The notes under the pieces were generated by a model, which made no database searches, was not told where the DNA came from, and saw only the letters and a list, made by a program, of their open reading frames with translations. The position numbers and the translations under genes are program-made. Positions 50,513-63,448 of a stretch of 64,000 bases of DNA are shown in pieces. Numbering within the stretch: the stretch's first letter is position 1; each line of letters starts with the position of its first letter. The stretch comes from Lama guanicoe (lineage: Eukaryota): NCBI GenBank assembly GCA_013239625.1, contig MU053933.1:3650470-3714469 (forward strand), in the 5' to 3' direction.

Positions 50513-53412
50513 ATGATTTCTTTTTTGACCCATGTTATTTAGAAGTGTGTTTAATCTCCAAGTATTCTGGTATTTTCCACCTATCTGCTTTCTGTCACTG
50601 AATTCTAGTTTAATTCCACTGTGGTATGAGGGGAGATGTTGTATGATTCCTCTCGTGAATTTTAAGATGTGTTCCTGTCACAGAACGGGGTCTGTCTGAG
50701 TGAATGTTCTGTGAGAGCCTGAGAATAGTGTGTGCCCTGCTGCTCCTGGATGAAATGGTCTGTAGGTGTCAGTTGTGTATGTTGCCTGATGGTGGTGGTC
50801 AGTGCAGCCATGTCCGTACTGATTGCCTGCTGGATCTGACTGTTTCTGAGACAGGGCTTTCAGAGTCTCCAGCTTTGATAGTGGGTTCATCTGTTTCTCG
50901 CTGCAGTTGTATCACTCTTTGCCTCATACAGTTTGATGCTCTGTTGTTAGGTGCATACGTGTCAAGGACCACTAAGTCTTCCTGGAGAATTGACCCTTTG
51001 TCATTATGTGATGCCCCTCACTGTCCCTGATAACTTTTCTTGCTTTAAAGTCTGCTCTGTTGGAAGCTATTCCTGCTTTCTTAACGTGGTGTATCTTCAT
51101 CCATTTCCTTTTTGTCTACATGTGTCTTTATATTTCAAGTGGGTTTCTCATAGACAACATACAGTTGTTTTTTGATCCACTGTCTTAATTTGAGTATTTG
51201 GGCCATTGGAATTCAAAGTGATTATTGGTACAGTTGGATTAATAGCTACCATATTAATTACTGTTTTCTCTGTTGCTCTTCTTTGTTCCTGTTTTCTTCT
51301 TCTCTTTTTCTGCTTTTTGTGTTTCTGTTTCTGTGTGTGTGTTTAGCACGTAAAGATAGGGAATTTAATCAGCATGAATAAAGGGTGAATTAATTCAGTG
51401 CTCAGGTATATGTTGGTTTAGAGCCTGACATGATCACACGTTGATAAATGTAAACTTAAGATACATATTTTCATAAATTGATGGACTATCCACTTTGCAA
51501 ACCACTTCAAAGTTTAAAAAATTCTCAGTTGTAATCTCTCTCCTGAAGCTTACTTCATTTATCTGTTTATCTACCTGTGTATCTGTTTACAGTTTTACTG
51601 AGGTATAACTGACAAAATTGTGAGATATTTAACGGTACAATATGATGATTTGATATCTGTGTACATTGTCAAAGGGTTGTCCCCATTGAGCTTAGTAATA
51701 TATCCATCACCTCACATATTTACCTTTTTTGTTATTGTTAGAATATTTAAGCTCTATTCTTTTAGCAGATTTCACTTATACAACACAGTGTTTTCAACTG
51801 TAGTCACCGTGGTATACGAATAGATCCTCAGACCTTTTTCATCTTGTAAGTAAAAGTTTGTATGTTTTACTAACCTCTCCCTATTTCCTGCACCTCCCCA
51901 GCCCCTGGCGAGTACTTTTCTCCTGTTTCTATGAGTTCAGGTACTTTTTTAGATTCATTATATGACACCTGCAGTATTTGTCCAGCTTATGTCACTTAGC
52001 ATAATGCCTTCTAGGTTCATCCATGTTGTTGCAAATGACAAGATTTTTTTCTTTTTAATGGCTGAATAATGCTCTGTTGTGTGTGTGAGTATATACATCA
52101 CATTTCTTTATCTAGTCATCTGTCAGTGGACATTTAGTTTTTTTCCATAACTTGGCTTTTGTGCTAATGCTGCAGTGAAGATGGGAGTGCAGACGTTTCT
52201 GAGATACTGGTTTCATTTCCTCTGGATAATCTGGAATTGCTAGACTGTGGTTCTGGTTTTAATTTTTTGAGGAGCCCTATGGTGGCTGCACCAGTTTGCA
52301 TTCCTGCTACCAATGGCTTTTCTCCACATCCTCTCCAGTTTTTGTTACTTGTCTTTTTGATAACAGACATCCTAACAGGTGCAAGGTGATATCTCACTAT
52401 GGTTTCGATTGCTTTTCCCTGATGATTACTGATGTTGAGCACTTTTTCATGTACCTGTTGGCCATTTGTATGTCTTTGAAAAAATGGCTATTCAGGGCCT
52501 TTGCCCAATTTAAATGCGGTTACTGTTGTTACTATTTTTGCTTCTGAGTTGTATGAATTCCTTGTATATTTTGGATGTTAATCTCTTATTAGGTGTTTCA
52601 CAGATACTGTCTCCCATTCTACAGTGTATCTTCTCATTTTGCTGATGGTTTCCTTTGCTGTGCAGAAGCTTTTTAGTTTGATGTCGTCCCACTTGTTTAT
52701 TTTTGCTTTTGTTGCCTTTGCTTTATTTATTGGCAAGACCCGTGTCTCAAGGAGCTTACCCCTCTTGGTTTCTTCTAGGAGTTTTATGATTTTAGGTATT
52801 ATGTTCAAGTCCTTAATCCATTTTGAGTTGATTTTTGTGTATGGTGTATGATAGGGGTCCAGATTTATTCTTTTGCAAGTGGTTATCCAGTTCTCCCAAC
52901 ACTGTTTTGAAGAGATTATTCTTTCCCCATTGTGTATTCTTGGTTTTTTGTTGAAAACTAATTAACCTTATATGCATGGGTTGATTTCTGGGCTCTCTGT
53001 TCTGTTCTGTTGATCTGTTCTGTGTATCTGTTTTTATGCTAGTACCATACTGTTTTGATTACTATAGTTTGAAATCAGGAAGTGTGATGCCTCCAGATTT
53101 GTTCTTCTTTATCAAGATTACTTTGGTTATTTGGGGTCTTTTAGATTCCCTACAGATTTTAGGATTGTTTTTTCTATTTATGTGAAAAATGCCATTGGAA
53201 TTTTGATAGGGATTGCATTGTTTCTTTAGGTTGTTTTGGGTAGTCCAGACATGTAAACAGTACTAATTCTTCCTATCTATGAACATGGGATATCTTTCCA
53301 TTTGTTATGTCTTCTTCAGTTTCCTTCAATGTACAGATCTTCCACCCCCTTGGTTAAATTTATTCCTAGGTTTTATTCTTTCTGATGCAATTGTAAATGG
53401 GATTGTTTTCTT

Positions 53413-54535
53413 TCTTTTTTAAGTTGAAGTATAGTTGATTTACAATATTGTGTTAGTTTCAGATGTACAGCAAAGTGATTCAGTTATATATATGTATTTT
53501 ATATATATATTCATTCTTTTTCAGATTCTTTTTCATTATAAGTTTTACAGGAGACTGAATATAGTTCCCTGTGCTATACATTAAATCCTTGTCTGTCTAT
53601 TTTATATATAATAGTGTGTATCTACTAATTCAATTTTATCCCCCCCCCCTATTTTTCTCTTTGGTAACCATAATTTTGTTTTCTGTGTCTGTGAGTCTGT
53701 TTCTGTTTTGTAAATATGTTCATTTGTATTACTTTTTAGATTCCACATGTAATGATATCATATAATGTTTGCCTTTCTCTGTCTGACTCACTTCACTTAG
53801 TATAATAATTTCTAGGTCCATCCATGTTGCTGCAAATGGCAATATTTTATTCTTTTTTATGGCTGAGAGTATTCCATTGTATATATACACCACATCTTCT
53901 TTGTCCAGTCATCTGTTGATGGACACTTAGGTTCCTTCCATATCTTGGCTATTGTAAATAGTGCTGTTATGAACATTGGGGTGCATGTATTGTCTCAAAT
54001 TAGAGTTTTCATCTTTTTCAGATGTATGTCCAGGAGTGGGATTGTTGGATGATGTGATGACTCAATTTTTAGTTTCTAGGTTACCTCCATACTGTTTTCC
54101 ACAGTGGCTGCACCAATTTACATTCCTACGAACAGTGTAGGAGGGCTCCCTTTTCTCCACACCTTCTTCAGCATTTATTGTTTGTAGACTTTTTATTGAT
54201 GGATGGCCATTCTGACCAATGTGAGGTGATAACCTCATTATAATTTTGATTTACATTTCTCCATCAATTACCAATGTTGAGCATCTTTTTGTGTGCCTGT
54301 TGGCCATCTGTGTGTCTTTGGAGAAATGTCTATAGGTTTTATGACTATTTTTTGATTGGGTTGTTTGTTGATATTGAGTTGTACAAACTGTTTTTATATT
54401 TTGGAAGTTACACCTTTGTCAGTTGCATTGTTTGCATATATTTTCTCCAATTCTGTAGATTGTCTTTTTTGTTGTTGTTGTTTGTGTATGGTTTCCTTTG
54501 CTGTGCAAAAGCTTATGAATAAGTTTAATTAGGTT
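53413..54535 (-). mobile_element. Younger L1 inserted in an older L1, with a 17-bp TSD
   Basis: aatgggattgttttctt (53396-53412) and aatgggattatcttctt (54536-54552) flank an L1 3' end; the host L1 resumes afterwards. Confidence 0.8.
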
Positions 54536-55293
54536 AATGGGATTATCTTCTTAATTTCTCTTTCTGATAGTTTGGTGTTAGTGTATAGAAATGCAACTGA
54601 TTTTTGTATGCTGGTTTTGTATCCTGCAGCTGCACTGAATTCTTTTATCAGTTCTAACAATTTTTTGGTGGCGTGTGTAGGGTTTTCTCTATGTATTACC
54701 ATGTCATCTTCAGATGGAGACATATTTACTTCTTCTTTTCCAGTTTGGTTGCCTTTTCCAGTTTGGTTCCTTTTATTGCCTCATAGCTCTGGATGGGACT
54801 TTATTGCTATGTTAAATAAAAATGGTGAGGGTGTGCATCCTTGTCTTATTCCTGATCTTAGAGGAAAAGCTCTGCTTTTTGAGGTTTTAATTGAGCATTT
54901 TGTATGACTCTGTTTTCTCTTCTTTCTTAGTGTATTGGTTTTACTTCTTCCTTTTTGCTTTTTAAAGTGGTTGCCCCACAGTTTGTAACACACATTTGCA
55001 GCTGATCCAGATCTGCTTTGAACACTGTAATGCTTCATGGTAGTGTGGTTTCTGATAACAGAATAATCCTGAGCCCCTCCTGTCCCTGTGTCGTCATTGC
55101 CATTGCTTTTATAATGTGTAAGCACAGCTGTATACACATACATAAGCGCATATGGTCAAATACTGAGTTGCTGCTATTTTGCACAAATTGTTAGATTAAT
55201 TAAGGATAAGAGAATGAAAAGTTTTAACTTTATCTTTAATCTTTCATTCCTTTCTCGGTACCTATCTTTATTTAGATCTGTGTTTCTGATCTA

Positions 55294-55963
55294 CAGGCAG
55301 ACCTCAGACCTTGGAGATATATTGTGGGTTCAGTTCCAGACAACCACAGTAAAGCGAATGTCACAATAAAGCAAGTCACAAGAATTTTTTTGTTTCCTAG
55401 GGCATATGAAGGTTATATTTACACTATACTATAGTCTGTTAAGTGTGCAATAGCATTATGTCTAAAATAACAATGTACATACATTAATTAGCATATACCT
55501 TACTGCTAAAAAATGCTAACCATCATCTGAGCTTTCAGCAAATTGTAATCTTTTTGCAGCAGTAACATCAAAGATTGTTGTTTGGAGGATATAGGCAGTA
55601 TTTTGTAGTAACTGTAAATGGAGTGTAACATTCGAAACTTGTGTAAAGAAGGCGAGGAAACAGATTCTTCTCTGGAGCCTCCAGAAGGAGTGCAATGGTG
55701 CTGACCCATTTTGGACTTCAGAACTTCAGTGAAATAATTAAAAAAACAAATGGAGATCATTGACCACAGATTGCTATAACAAATACAATAATAATGAACG
55801 CTTGAAACATTGGGAGAATTACCAGAATGTGACACAGAGACATAAAGTGAGCAAAGGCTGTTGGAAGATGGCGCCAGAAGACTTTTTCGATGTCGCGTTG
55901 CCCCAGACCTTCCCTTTGAACAAAGCACAGCTTCTGCGAGGTGCAGTGAGGTGAGGTCTGCCT
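55294..55963 (-). mobile_element. Internally deleted Tigger1-like element containing an MLT1-like fragment
   Basis: TIRs caggcagacctc ... gaggtctgcct with TA flanks; ggagatattgtgggttcagttccagac is Tigger1-like; ggaaacagattcttctctggagcctccagaagga is MLT1-like. Confidence 0.75.
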
Positions 55964-57310
55964 TAGGTCGTTCTCCTTCTCTCTGAAGAGCCTCTTTTAG
56001 CATTTATTGCAAGGCAGGCCTACTGGCAACACATTCCCTCAATTTTTGTTTGTCTGAGAAAGTCTTTATTTCATTCATTTTTGAAGGATAGTTTCACAGG
56101 GTGCAGAATTCTAGATTGGTGAGTTTTTCCTCTCAGCCCCCTCAGTGTATCAGCCCGCTCTCTTCTTGCTTGTGTGTTTTCTGAGAACTCAGATGGGGTT
56201 TTATCTTTGTTCCTCCGTAGCTGAGGTGCCTTTCCTCCAGCTTCTTCCGGGTTTGCCCTTGATCCTCTGAGTCCCTGTCGTTTGAAAGTGGCCTGCCTAG
56301 TTGTACTTTCTTTTTAGCGTGGACCCTTCTTGGTGTGCTCTGCGTTCCTGGGTCTGCGGGTCGGTGTTGGACAGTCACTTGGGGGCAGTTCTCAGTCAGT
56401 ATTGTCTCTGGTGCTCCTTCTGTTGCTCCCTCTTGTTCTCCTGGTACCTCCACTGTGTGTGTTACACCTTCTGTAGTTTCCTGCAGCACTTGAGTATTTG
56501 GTTCTATTTTTCTAGGCTTTGTTCTCTTTGCTTTTCAGCCCTGGAGGTTCCTGTTGTCATGTGCTCAAGCTCAGAGACTCGCTGCTCACCTGTGCCCAGT
56601 CTGCCGCTGAGCCCATCGAGGCACCCGTCATTGCTGTTACGCTGTTTTTGATCTCAAGCGCTTGTTTCTGGCTCTTTGTAAGGATGTTCATTTCTCTGTT
56701 TACGTTGCCCGCTGTTTCTTGTCTGAGTCTGGCTCGGAGCCTTGCTGAGTCTCTCAGACTGTGACTTGCCCTTGAGGCTGTGTCGTCGTTCTTGTGTGTG
56801 GGCCAGGCATGATGTACTGGACACAGGATCAGTGTGGACGGGCTTTAGTGATGCGGGGGAGGGAGTTGTCCTCCAGGCCTCGCCAGGCCACAGGGCTCGA
56901 GGAGCCTGGGCCTCTGCTCTGTGACCTTCGCAAGTGCGTCTCAGTTTCTTTCCTTTTAGGTGGGATCGGAGGGGCCTGAGTTGGCTCTGTCTTTCCCCAC
57001 CCTAGTTAGGCTCTGGTTAAACGATTTCTCCTGAGGGCAGACCCTGTTAAGAAGGACAGAATGTTCTGGCATGTTTCAAAATGTTCCTTTTTAACCTGTG
57101 GAAGCACGAGGGGCCTTCTCTCTGCTACTTACTGTGGGGCCCTGGTGGAGTCCAGGAGGGGAGCTCACGGAAGCGTGGGGTCTGTGGCTGGGCCCGTCTG
57201 GAGTTTTGGACTCTCGGGCTTCTACACACTGAGCCTCCAGCAGTTCGTGTTTCCTCACTGGACTCTGGTTCCAGGGGAGGTTCTGCTCCAGTGAGTTGTG
57301 GTTCTCTGTA

Positions 57311-57746
57311 CAGAACTTCCTCAACTTCCGACAGGGTCTCGTCCTGAGAAACCCGTCGTAAATTGCACGCATCTGAGTCGAAAATGTGCTTAGTACATCT
57401 GACTGACCGAACATCCCCGCCTCGCCTCGCCTGCCGTAAGCGGGCTCGGAACGCTCACGCCGCCTACGGCTGGGCGCAGTCGTAACACAAAGCCCGTTTG
57501 GTACTGAAGTGCTGGCTGACGCTGTGTGGAAGGGAGGAGCTGGAGGGTTGTTGTCGCCGGCTGTTCATCCTCCTGACGACCGGCTGCGAAGAGCCGTGGC
57601 CTGTAGGCACATGGTGTCACTGTGTGTGGCTGGCGGGAGAAGGGCAGAATTCAAAATTCAAAGCGTGGTTTCTGCTGAATGCCTATCGAACCATCGTAAA
57701 GTCGAAAACTCCCAAGTTGAGCCTGGTGAGTCAGGGACCATGTGTG
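57311..57746 (+). mobile_element. MER47/Tigger5-like DNA transposon
   Basis: ta|cagaacttcctcaacttccga...aaacccgtcgtaaattg...gtcgaaaatg; 3' end accatcgtaaagtcgaaaa...gtcagggaccatgtgtg. Confidence 0.7.
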
Positions 57747-58886
57747 TTAGCCTCTCAATTTCTCCAGTTCTGGGCACAGCAGTTTGCTCTTTGACCTCAT
57801 TTCTCTTTCGGATCTAGGAAGAGTCGTTGATATTTCAGTTTGTTCAGCTTTTTACTTATTAGGACAGAGTAGCCCCTTCCAAGCTTTCATCTGTTTGCCC
57901 CTCTCAGAGAGACACCACGGGGTACAGACAGGTGAGAGGTTTCCAGAGAGGGCGGATGGTGGGAGGCCTGGACCAGAAAGGGCACCGTGAGGAGTGTTTG
58001 GGTGATGGAGCCATTCTGGGTCCTGACCGAGCTTACACAGACTGGTTCACTGTATGATCACTTGAAGACTAAAATTAAAAGCTGCATGCTGTGCAATTTT
58101 CACACGTGTGTGTGAATGGGTGTATGCGGGGGTGTAGGGGTGTGTGTGAGAGTGTTCGGACACACATCTCAGAATAAGCTGCTGGGTGAAAAAAGTGATG
58201 CCTTCTGCTGCTGGGTTTACTCATGATTTTTACTTTGTTTGTGCTTTTCTGAGTTTTCTCTGTTTTTCCGTACCGAACAAGTATTTCTTCTGTAACAATA
58301 GCTGCCTGCAGTTATTTAAGAAAAGCAACCCCCCTGGCTTCCCATCTGCCACAGGACACAGCGTCTCTGGCCCCCTGGCTCCCTGGTGCACCCTGGGGTG
58401 TCGGCACCCGCATCCTGCCTTCCGGAGGAACGCAGTGGCGTTCAGCTGCTCTTCTCACTTACTCTGTGGCCTCCTGCTTTGATGTTTAGTGTTTTTAAGA
58501 AGTGACTGCAGTCAACTTAAAGGGCTGTGAAGATTCTGGGACCACCCAGACCACGCCGTGTTGCTGGAGAGTTAAGACCCTGCGGCACCAGCTCCTAAAT
58601 GTGTGGGAGCAGCTGGTTCCTGGGTGACCAGTGGGCGAGAGGGCACTTTCCCTGACCTTGGCCGTGCGCACTGGTGAATCCTGATGTGGATCACGGGACA
58701 TAAACCCTGGCTGGGATGGAGTCAGTGACCACATCCGGGGGGTGCAAGGTCACTCCTCCAAGTGGACCGGGCGGTGGTTGCTCTCGAGGGTGACAACTGT
58801 GCAGACCCCTGAGGGTGTGATGTAGCGAGGGGTTGGCAGACAGGGCTCTCAGTCACCACGTCTTCTGTGTGTCTCCTCCCATGCAG

Positions 58887-59062
58887 TTTGAGTTCATGAT
58901 TGAGTCCATCCTGTATGCCCGGGATGCCTGGCTGAAGGAGGGCGGGGTCATCTGGCCGACCTCGGCCGCCCTGCACCTCGTGCCCTGCAACGCCGACAGA
59001 GACTACCGCAGCAAGGTGCTCTTCTGGGACAACGCCTATGAGTTCGACCTCAGCGCCCTCAA
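58887..59062 (+). CDS. PRMT2: PRMT2 coding exon 6 (FEFMIESILYARDAWLKEGGVIWP...AYEFDLSALK)
   Basis: Second Glu of the double-E loop and motif III (LKxGG); atgcag| and |gtgagt. Confidence 0.97.
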
Positions 59063-59714
59063 GTGAGTGTCGGCTGGCTTTCCTGGCCCCTTGGCGGGGC
59101 AGAGTGGCTGCTCGGTCTAGAATACGCCACGACCCTGATCTAAGACACGACCTAGACACATCACCTTACCCAGGCCTTTAAACTGATAACATGTGATGGG
59201 GATTGAACTGTCCCGTTCATAAGACCCCAATTATAGTGGGAAAATAAGGTCATGTGTATGAACACGTGGGCCATTAAACACAACTGGAAGTTCCCACTAA
59301 GAGCCATACATTTTTCATAAGTCAGAAAATGTGTTAGTGAAGTCCTTCCTGGCACTTTGCAAAGAAAGCAGTTCTCCAAAATAGATGGTTTCCTGGTTTT
59401 GAACATACGGACATGCTTGTAGTGGAGCTTCAGGTTTTAACATGAAGTGATCTCCTCACAAGGCCTTCACATCTGCAGTGTTGCCTCACCTGAGGAGGGC
59501 GGTGACATCCACGAGCTGCTTCCCCAGGGCGGCAGGGAGGAGGCAGGAGGCACCCAGCCTCAGCCCTGGGAATCAGGGAGAGCCTCCTTTGTCAGAAACT
59601 GCAGGAAACTTCCATTTGTGAGCCTGGACACCTGCTGGATGCCCAGACAGGGAGTTGGCGCAAGACGCGAGGGCTCTGGGCCTTTTTATTTTGTTATTAA
59701 AAAACTCACAAACT

Positions 59715-59880
59715 GGGGAGGGTATAGCTCAGTAGTAGAGCATGTGCCTGGCATGCATGAGGTCCTGTACCTCCATTACCTCCATTAAAAAATGAAAGAA
59801 CAATAAAGAAACCTGATTACCTCTGCCCACTTCCACACACACACAGAAAACTCAAAAAAAAAAAAGAAAAAGAAAAAAAA
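59715..59880 (+). mobile_element. tRNA-derived SINE (camelid-type)
   Basis: ggggagggtatagctcagtagtagagcatgtgcctggcatgcatgaggtcctg...ctccattaaaa and A tail. Confidence 0.85.
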
Positions 59881-60029
59881 TGAACATAAAGGTATAGAAT
59901 CTTCCCCAGTTAACGTGTTGGATCATTGCACTGTCAGCCCAAATCCCAGAGCGGGTGGAGGGGAAGGTCTCTGACAGAGCTGTTCCTGGTTTGTGCAGGA
60001 CAGATGCACAGGAAGGGCTAAGGGGGTTG

Positions 60030-60161
60030 TTATTGTTGTTTTCCAGGTTTTGGGGGGAGTGATGATTAGGTTTATTTATTTTAATGGAGGACTAGGGATT
60101 GAACCCAGGACCTCGTGCATGCTGGGCACATGCTCTACCACTGAGCTACAGTACCCTCCCC
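60030..60161 (-). mobile_element. tRNA-derived SINE (camelid-type), inverted relative to the 59715 copy
   Basis: Minus strand reads ggggagggtactgtagctcagtggtagagcatgtgcccagcatgcacgaggtcctgggttcaatccc. Confidence 0.85.
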
Positions 60162-60683
60162 CCCAACCCCCGGCTGGGAGGGTTTTGAAAAGAGCAAGGA
60201 GGAGAGTCTCATGCTGCCTCGTGTGCACATTGTGATAATGAAGGCAACGGGAAAGACAGGTGAGCAGAGCAGCAGGCTAGGAAGCTCTGATTGGAGTGTG
60301 TTGGGAGAGGGCACATCATGAGCTGGAGGGAGGAGGGCTGAGGCCACACATTACCTGGGGACAGCCAACCCTAACCCTAACCCTTGGAGTAGGCGTCTGT
60401 TCCCTACACCTTATGTTAAAACTTAATTCCACATGGATTCCATGTCCTCTGGGTATGTGAGACCCCACCAGTAGGGCAGAGGGAAGTGCCTGTTGCTCCC
60501 ACACCCAGCTGCTGTCCAGACAGAGGCTCAGCAGGCTGTCCTGCAGGGAGGGCACCAAGGGCCCTGGCCACCTGCAGGGCTGCACTCCGCAAGGCAGCAC
60601 CGCTCAGCGGGATACAGGAACTGATGCAGAAGACTGTGACACGTGTGGTCGGAGCCTGAGCGCTCACTTTGACTTTTCCCCAG

Positions 60684-60813
60684 ATCTTTAGCAATTAAGG
60701 AGTTTTTTTCGAAGCCCAAATATAACCACATCTTGAAACCAGAAGACTGTCTCTCTGAGCCCTGCACCATCTTACAGCTGGACATGAGAACGGTGCAGAT
60801 CACCGATCTGGAG
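60684..60813 (+). CDS. PRMT2: PRMT2 coding exon 7 (SLAIKEFFSKPKYNHILKPEDCLSEPCTILQLDMRTVQITDLE)
   Basis: ccccag| and |gtgagg; phase consistent. Confidence 0.96.
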
Positions 60814-61510
60814 GTGAGGAGAGGTGACGCTTCCTTCTACACCAAGTAACCATTGTTCAAATAAACGGCTTAAACTTTCTGCTGTTGATATGCCCTCAGT
60901 CTTTCTTACGTTCTATTCTGATTTCGCTGTCTGTATTTTTAGGTTGTTTTCTTTATAGTTAACCTCTTTAACATCTTCAGTTACTTTTTAGATTTATCTT
61001 TAATATTCTCAGCATCCTCCGATTCAAATAAATCATATAAGTTTCACCATAGAAGTTGGATTAAATTTTTTTCTAAGGTTTAGCTCCCAGTGATGACAGA
61101 ATTCCTGACTGTTTCTTTTACTTACCCTCTGTGACCACGAGGTGGCGCATGTGGGTTCAGAACGACCCGTTTTAAGGGCTGCTCAAGGCGGAGGAGACCC
61201 GGTTGCGGAACTTGGACGGGCTGAGCCACGTGCAGACTGGACTTTGGAGGCTGTAGTTAGTTTGGGATCCGGAGCTTTCTATGTGTGCGAAGAACTGAAA
61301 AGTTTTCCGCTGGAATTCGGGAACAGAAAGTCAGGCCAATGAGGCCCAGACTGCTCGAAACCTTTTCTGATTTTATGCGGCCTTTGAATTCAGGATGCAG
61401 GTTTTGCCGAGCGATGTGCGCAACTGCACTAGCGGGCTGTGGTGCGTGTGTAATTCCGCGCGGTGCGGGGTCCAGGCGGGCCCGTTTCTCACTGCTTTGC
61501 TTGCACACAG

Positions 61511-61647
61511 ACGATGAGAGGCGAGCTGTGCTTTGACATCAGGAAGGCAGGCACCCTGCACGGGTTCACAGCCTGGTTCAGCGTCCGGTTTCAGAACCTG
61601 GAGGAGGACGAGCCACAGCTGGTGCTGAGCACGGGCCCGCTGCACCC
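61511..61647 (+). CDS. PRMT2: PRMT2 coding exon 8 (TMRGELCFDIRKAGTLHGFTAWFSV...LSTGPLHP)
   Basis: acacag| and |gtgagt; HGFTAWF beta-barrel motif. Confidence 0.96.
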
Positions 61648-62660
61648 GTGAGTGCGCCTCGCGCCGCGCAGCCCTTCCGGGACCGCCGACCCCTCCCCGC
61701 TCGCCTCAGGCTCCCCCCACCCTCGGCTGCCCCGACGCTGCTGCAGCTTCTTGTGGTCGGAGGCCCCGGGGGTTTCACTCGGACTGGACTCTGGGTCAGC
61801 CGATGTCTTCCTGAGCACGTGTTTGGCGCAGTGCTGCCCTGGCTGCAGGCTGGCTCCTGCGCGCTGGGGAGCGCACGGCATCCCTTCTGGTGCGGGACGC
61901 GGCGGCCCCCCAGGAGACGCCGCCTTCGCTGGGGGTTTGCGCGGCCCTTCCGCCCCGGGGAGCATCGCCCAGGCCCGGGTCAGGCGCTCCGTGGCCCTTG
62001 GGTCCCGGAGGACCTCAAGAGAGGAGCCGTTTGCCCGGAGCGGCCGGTGGAGGCGGCGGGGCAGAGACTCCCGCCAGGCCACCTTCCAGGGCCGCGCAGG
62101 TGCGAGCTGTCGCGGGGTGGAGGTTGAGGTTAGGAGCCTTGGGAACCACCCGGGATGCTGGGATCCTGAGCGTCTGCTGTGGGGTCCTCCACACAGGTGA
62201 TACGGGACGAGGTGGGGTGTGGGCCAGGGAAAGAGACCCCCCACGGTGGCCCAGGGGTGGCCCAGGGCTCAGGGGGGACAGGTCATGATGGGGGAGAGGT
62301 TAGCCGGAGCCTCACTGCTTGGTATCCCCTTGAGCCAACAGCCTCAGGCCCCCGGGGGAGCCGCTTTCCCCCAAATGCTGCCTGTGTCTTGCTCACATTT
62401 GACCTTTCACAGAAATAACAGCTTTTTGGGGACATGATTTCATCGGTGGCTTTGGGTGGACACTGCTGTGCCAGCACGTGGAGGCTGGGGCTGGGGAACA
62501 GGCGCCAGGCGGGACCCCCACGCCTCAGGGAACCTGAGCAGCACCCAGGGCTGCATCCTCGCCCCACCAGGCGGGAGTGTGTCTGTCCCAGTGGGAGCCT
62601 GCAGCCAGGCGCCTGACGGTGGGAGGGCGTCTTGGGTGACACCGCGTCCCTGTCTTGCAG

Positions 62661-62832
62661 CACCACCCACTGGAAGCAGGTGCTGTTCATGATGGACGAG
62701 CCCGTCTCAGTCCACGAGGGAGATGTGGTCACCGGTGCAGTTGTGCTACAGAGAAACCCAGTGTGGAGGCGGCACATGTCTGTCACCCTGAGCTGGTCTA
62801 TCACTTCCAGACAAGACCCTGCGTCGCCGAAA
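62661..62832 (+). CDS. PRMT2: PRMT2 coding exon 9 (TTHWKQVLFMMDEPV...QDPASPK)
   Basis: THW loop of type I PRMTs; ttgcag| and |gtaagg. Confidence 0.97.
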
Positions 62833-63448
62833 GTAAGGCATTTAGCCGAGAGTCATGTGCTGTGGTGCTGGTCTCGGGAGATGGTGGGTCTGGGGGTGAT
62901 CACAGTGGGGGATGCCCATCCCCACCACACAGACCCCACGGCCAGACCTTGTCTGTGTCACTTTTCTCATCGTCGTGATGGGCAGTGGGTGCTCTTATTA
63001 CAGAACAGGAAGCGGAGGAGCAGGAAGGTGAGTCATATGCTGTGAGATGGCCAGTCAGTGAGAACAGAGCCCGTCCCAGCCCAGGAGACCCCCGGCTGCA
63101 GAGTTGCTGAGGGCCTTGCACACACCGCAGTGCCTTGGCCATGGGCAGTGGTGTGAGGGCTGGAGTGAATGTGTGGCCAGGTGGGCCACTGAAATTCCTC
63201 TTCTTTAGACTCCAGGTTAATGTAGGAGAGAGAAGAAAATAATCAAATAGTTTCCCTTTATTTTGTAACACCTGTTTTGTGCTTTGTTTTATGCTCATTT
63301 TATGTAAAAAGTTTAAATGTTTGTTGTTAAAGTCTGTACCTGAGGGCCAGACTCTCGAAAATACTAAATGATTATTAGCAAATACTGCATGTTAGTCAAA
63401 CTGAAATGATTTATTACCTGATTGGTTTGTTTTCTTTGTCTTTTTCAG

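Larger units (their letters stand above)
50085..57900 (-). mobile_element. Cluster of nested L1 fragments (mostly antisense) in the 10.5-kb PRMT2 intron
   Basis: Minus-strand L1 peptides (KAKINKWDDIKLKSFCTAKETI; DDMVIHRENPTHATKKLLELIKEFS); a sense RT fragment at ~50085-50395. Confidence 0.85.

Noticed and set aside
59715..59790. tRNA-like sequence (also at ~60090-60160 and ~50450-50512)
   Set aside because: These are SINE heads with A-rich tails and degenerate arms, not tRNA genes.
61591..62288. Several 130-217 aa ORFs on both strands
   Set aside because: Chance frames in CpG-rich intronic DNA; only 61511-61647 fits the PRMT2 splice frame.
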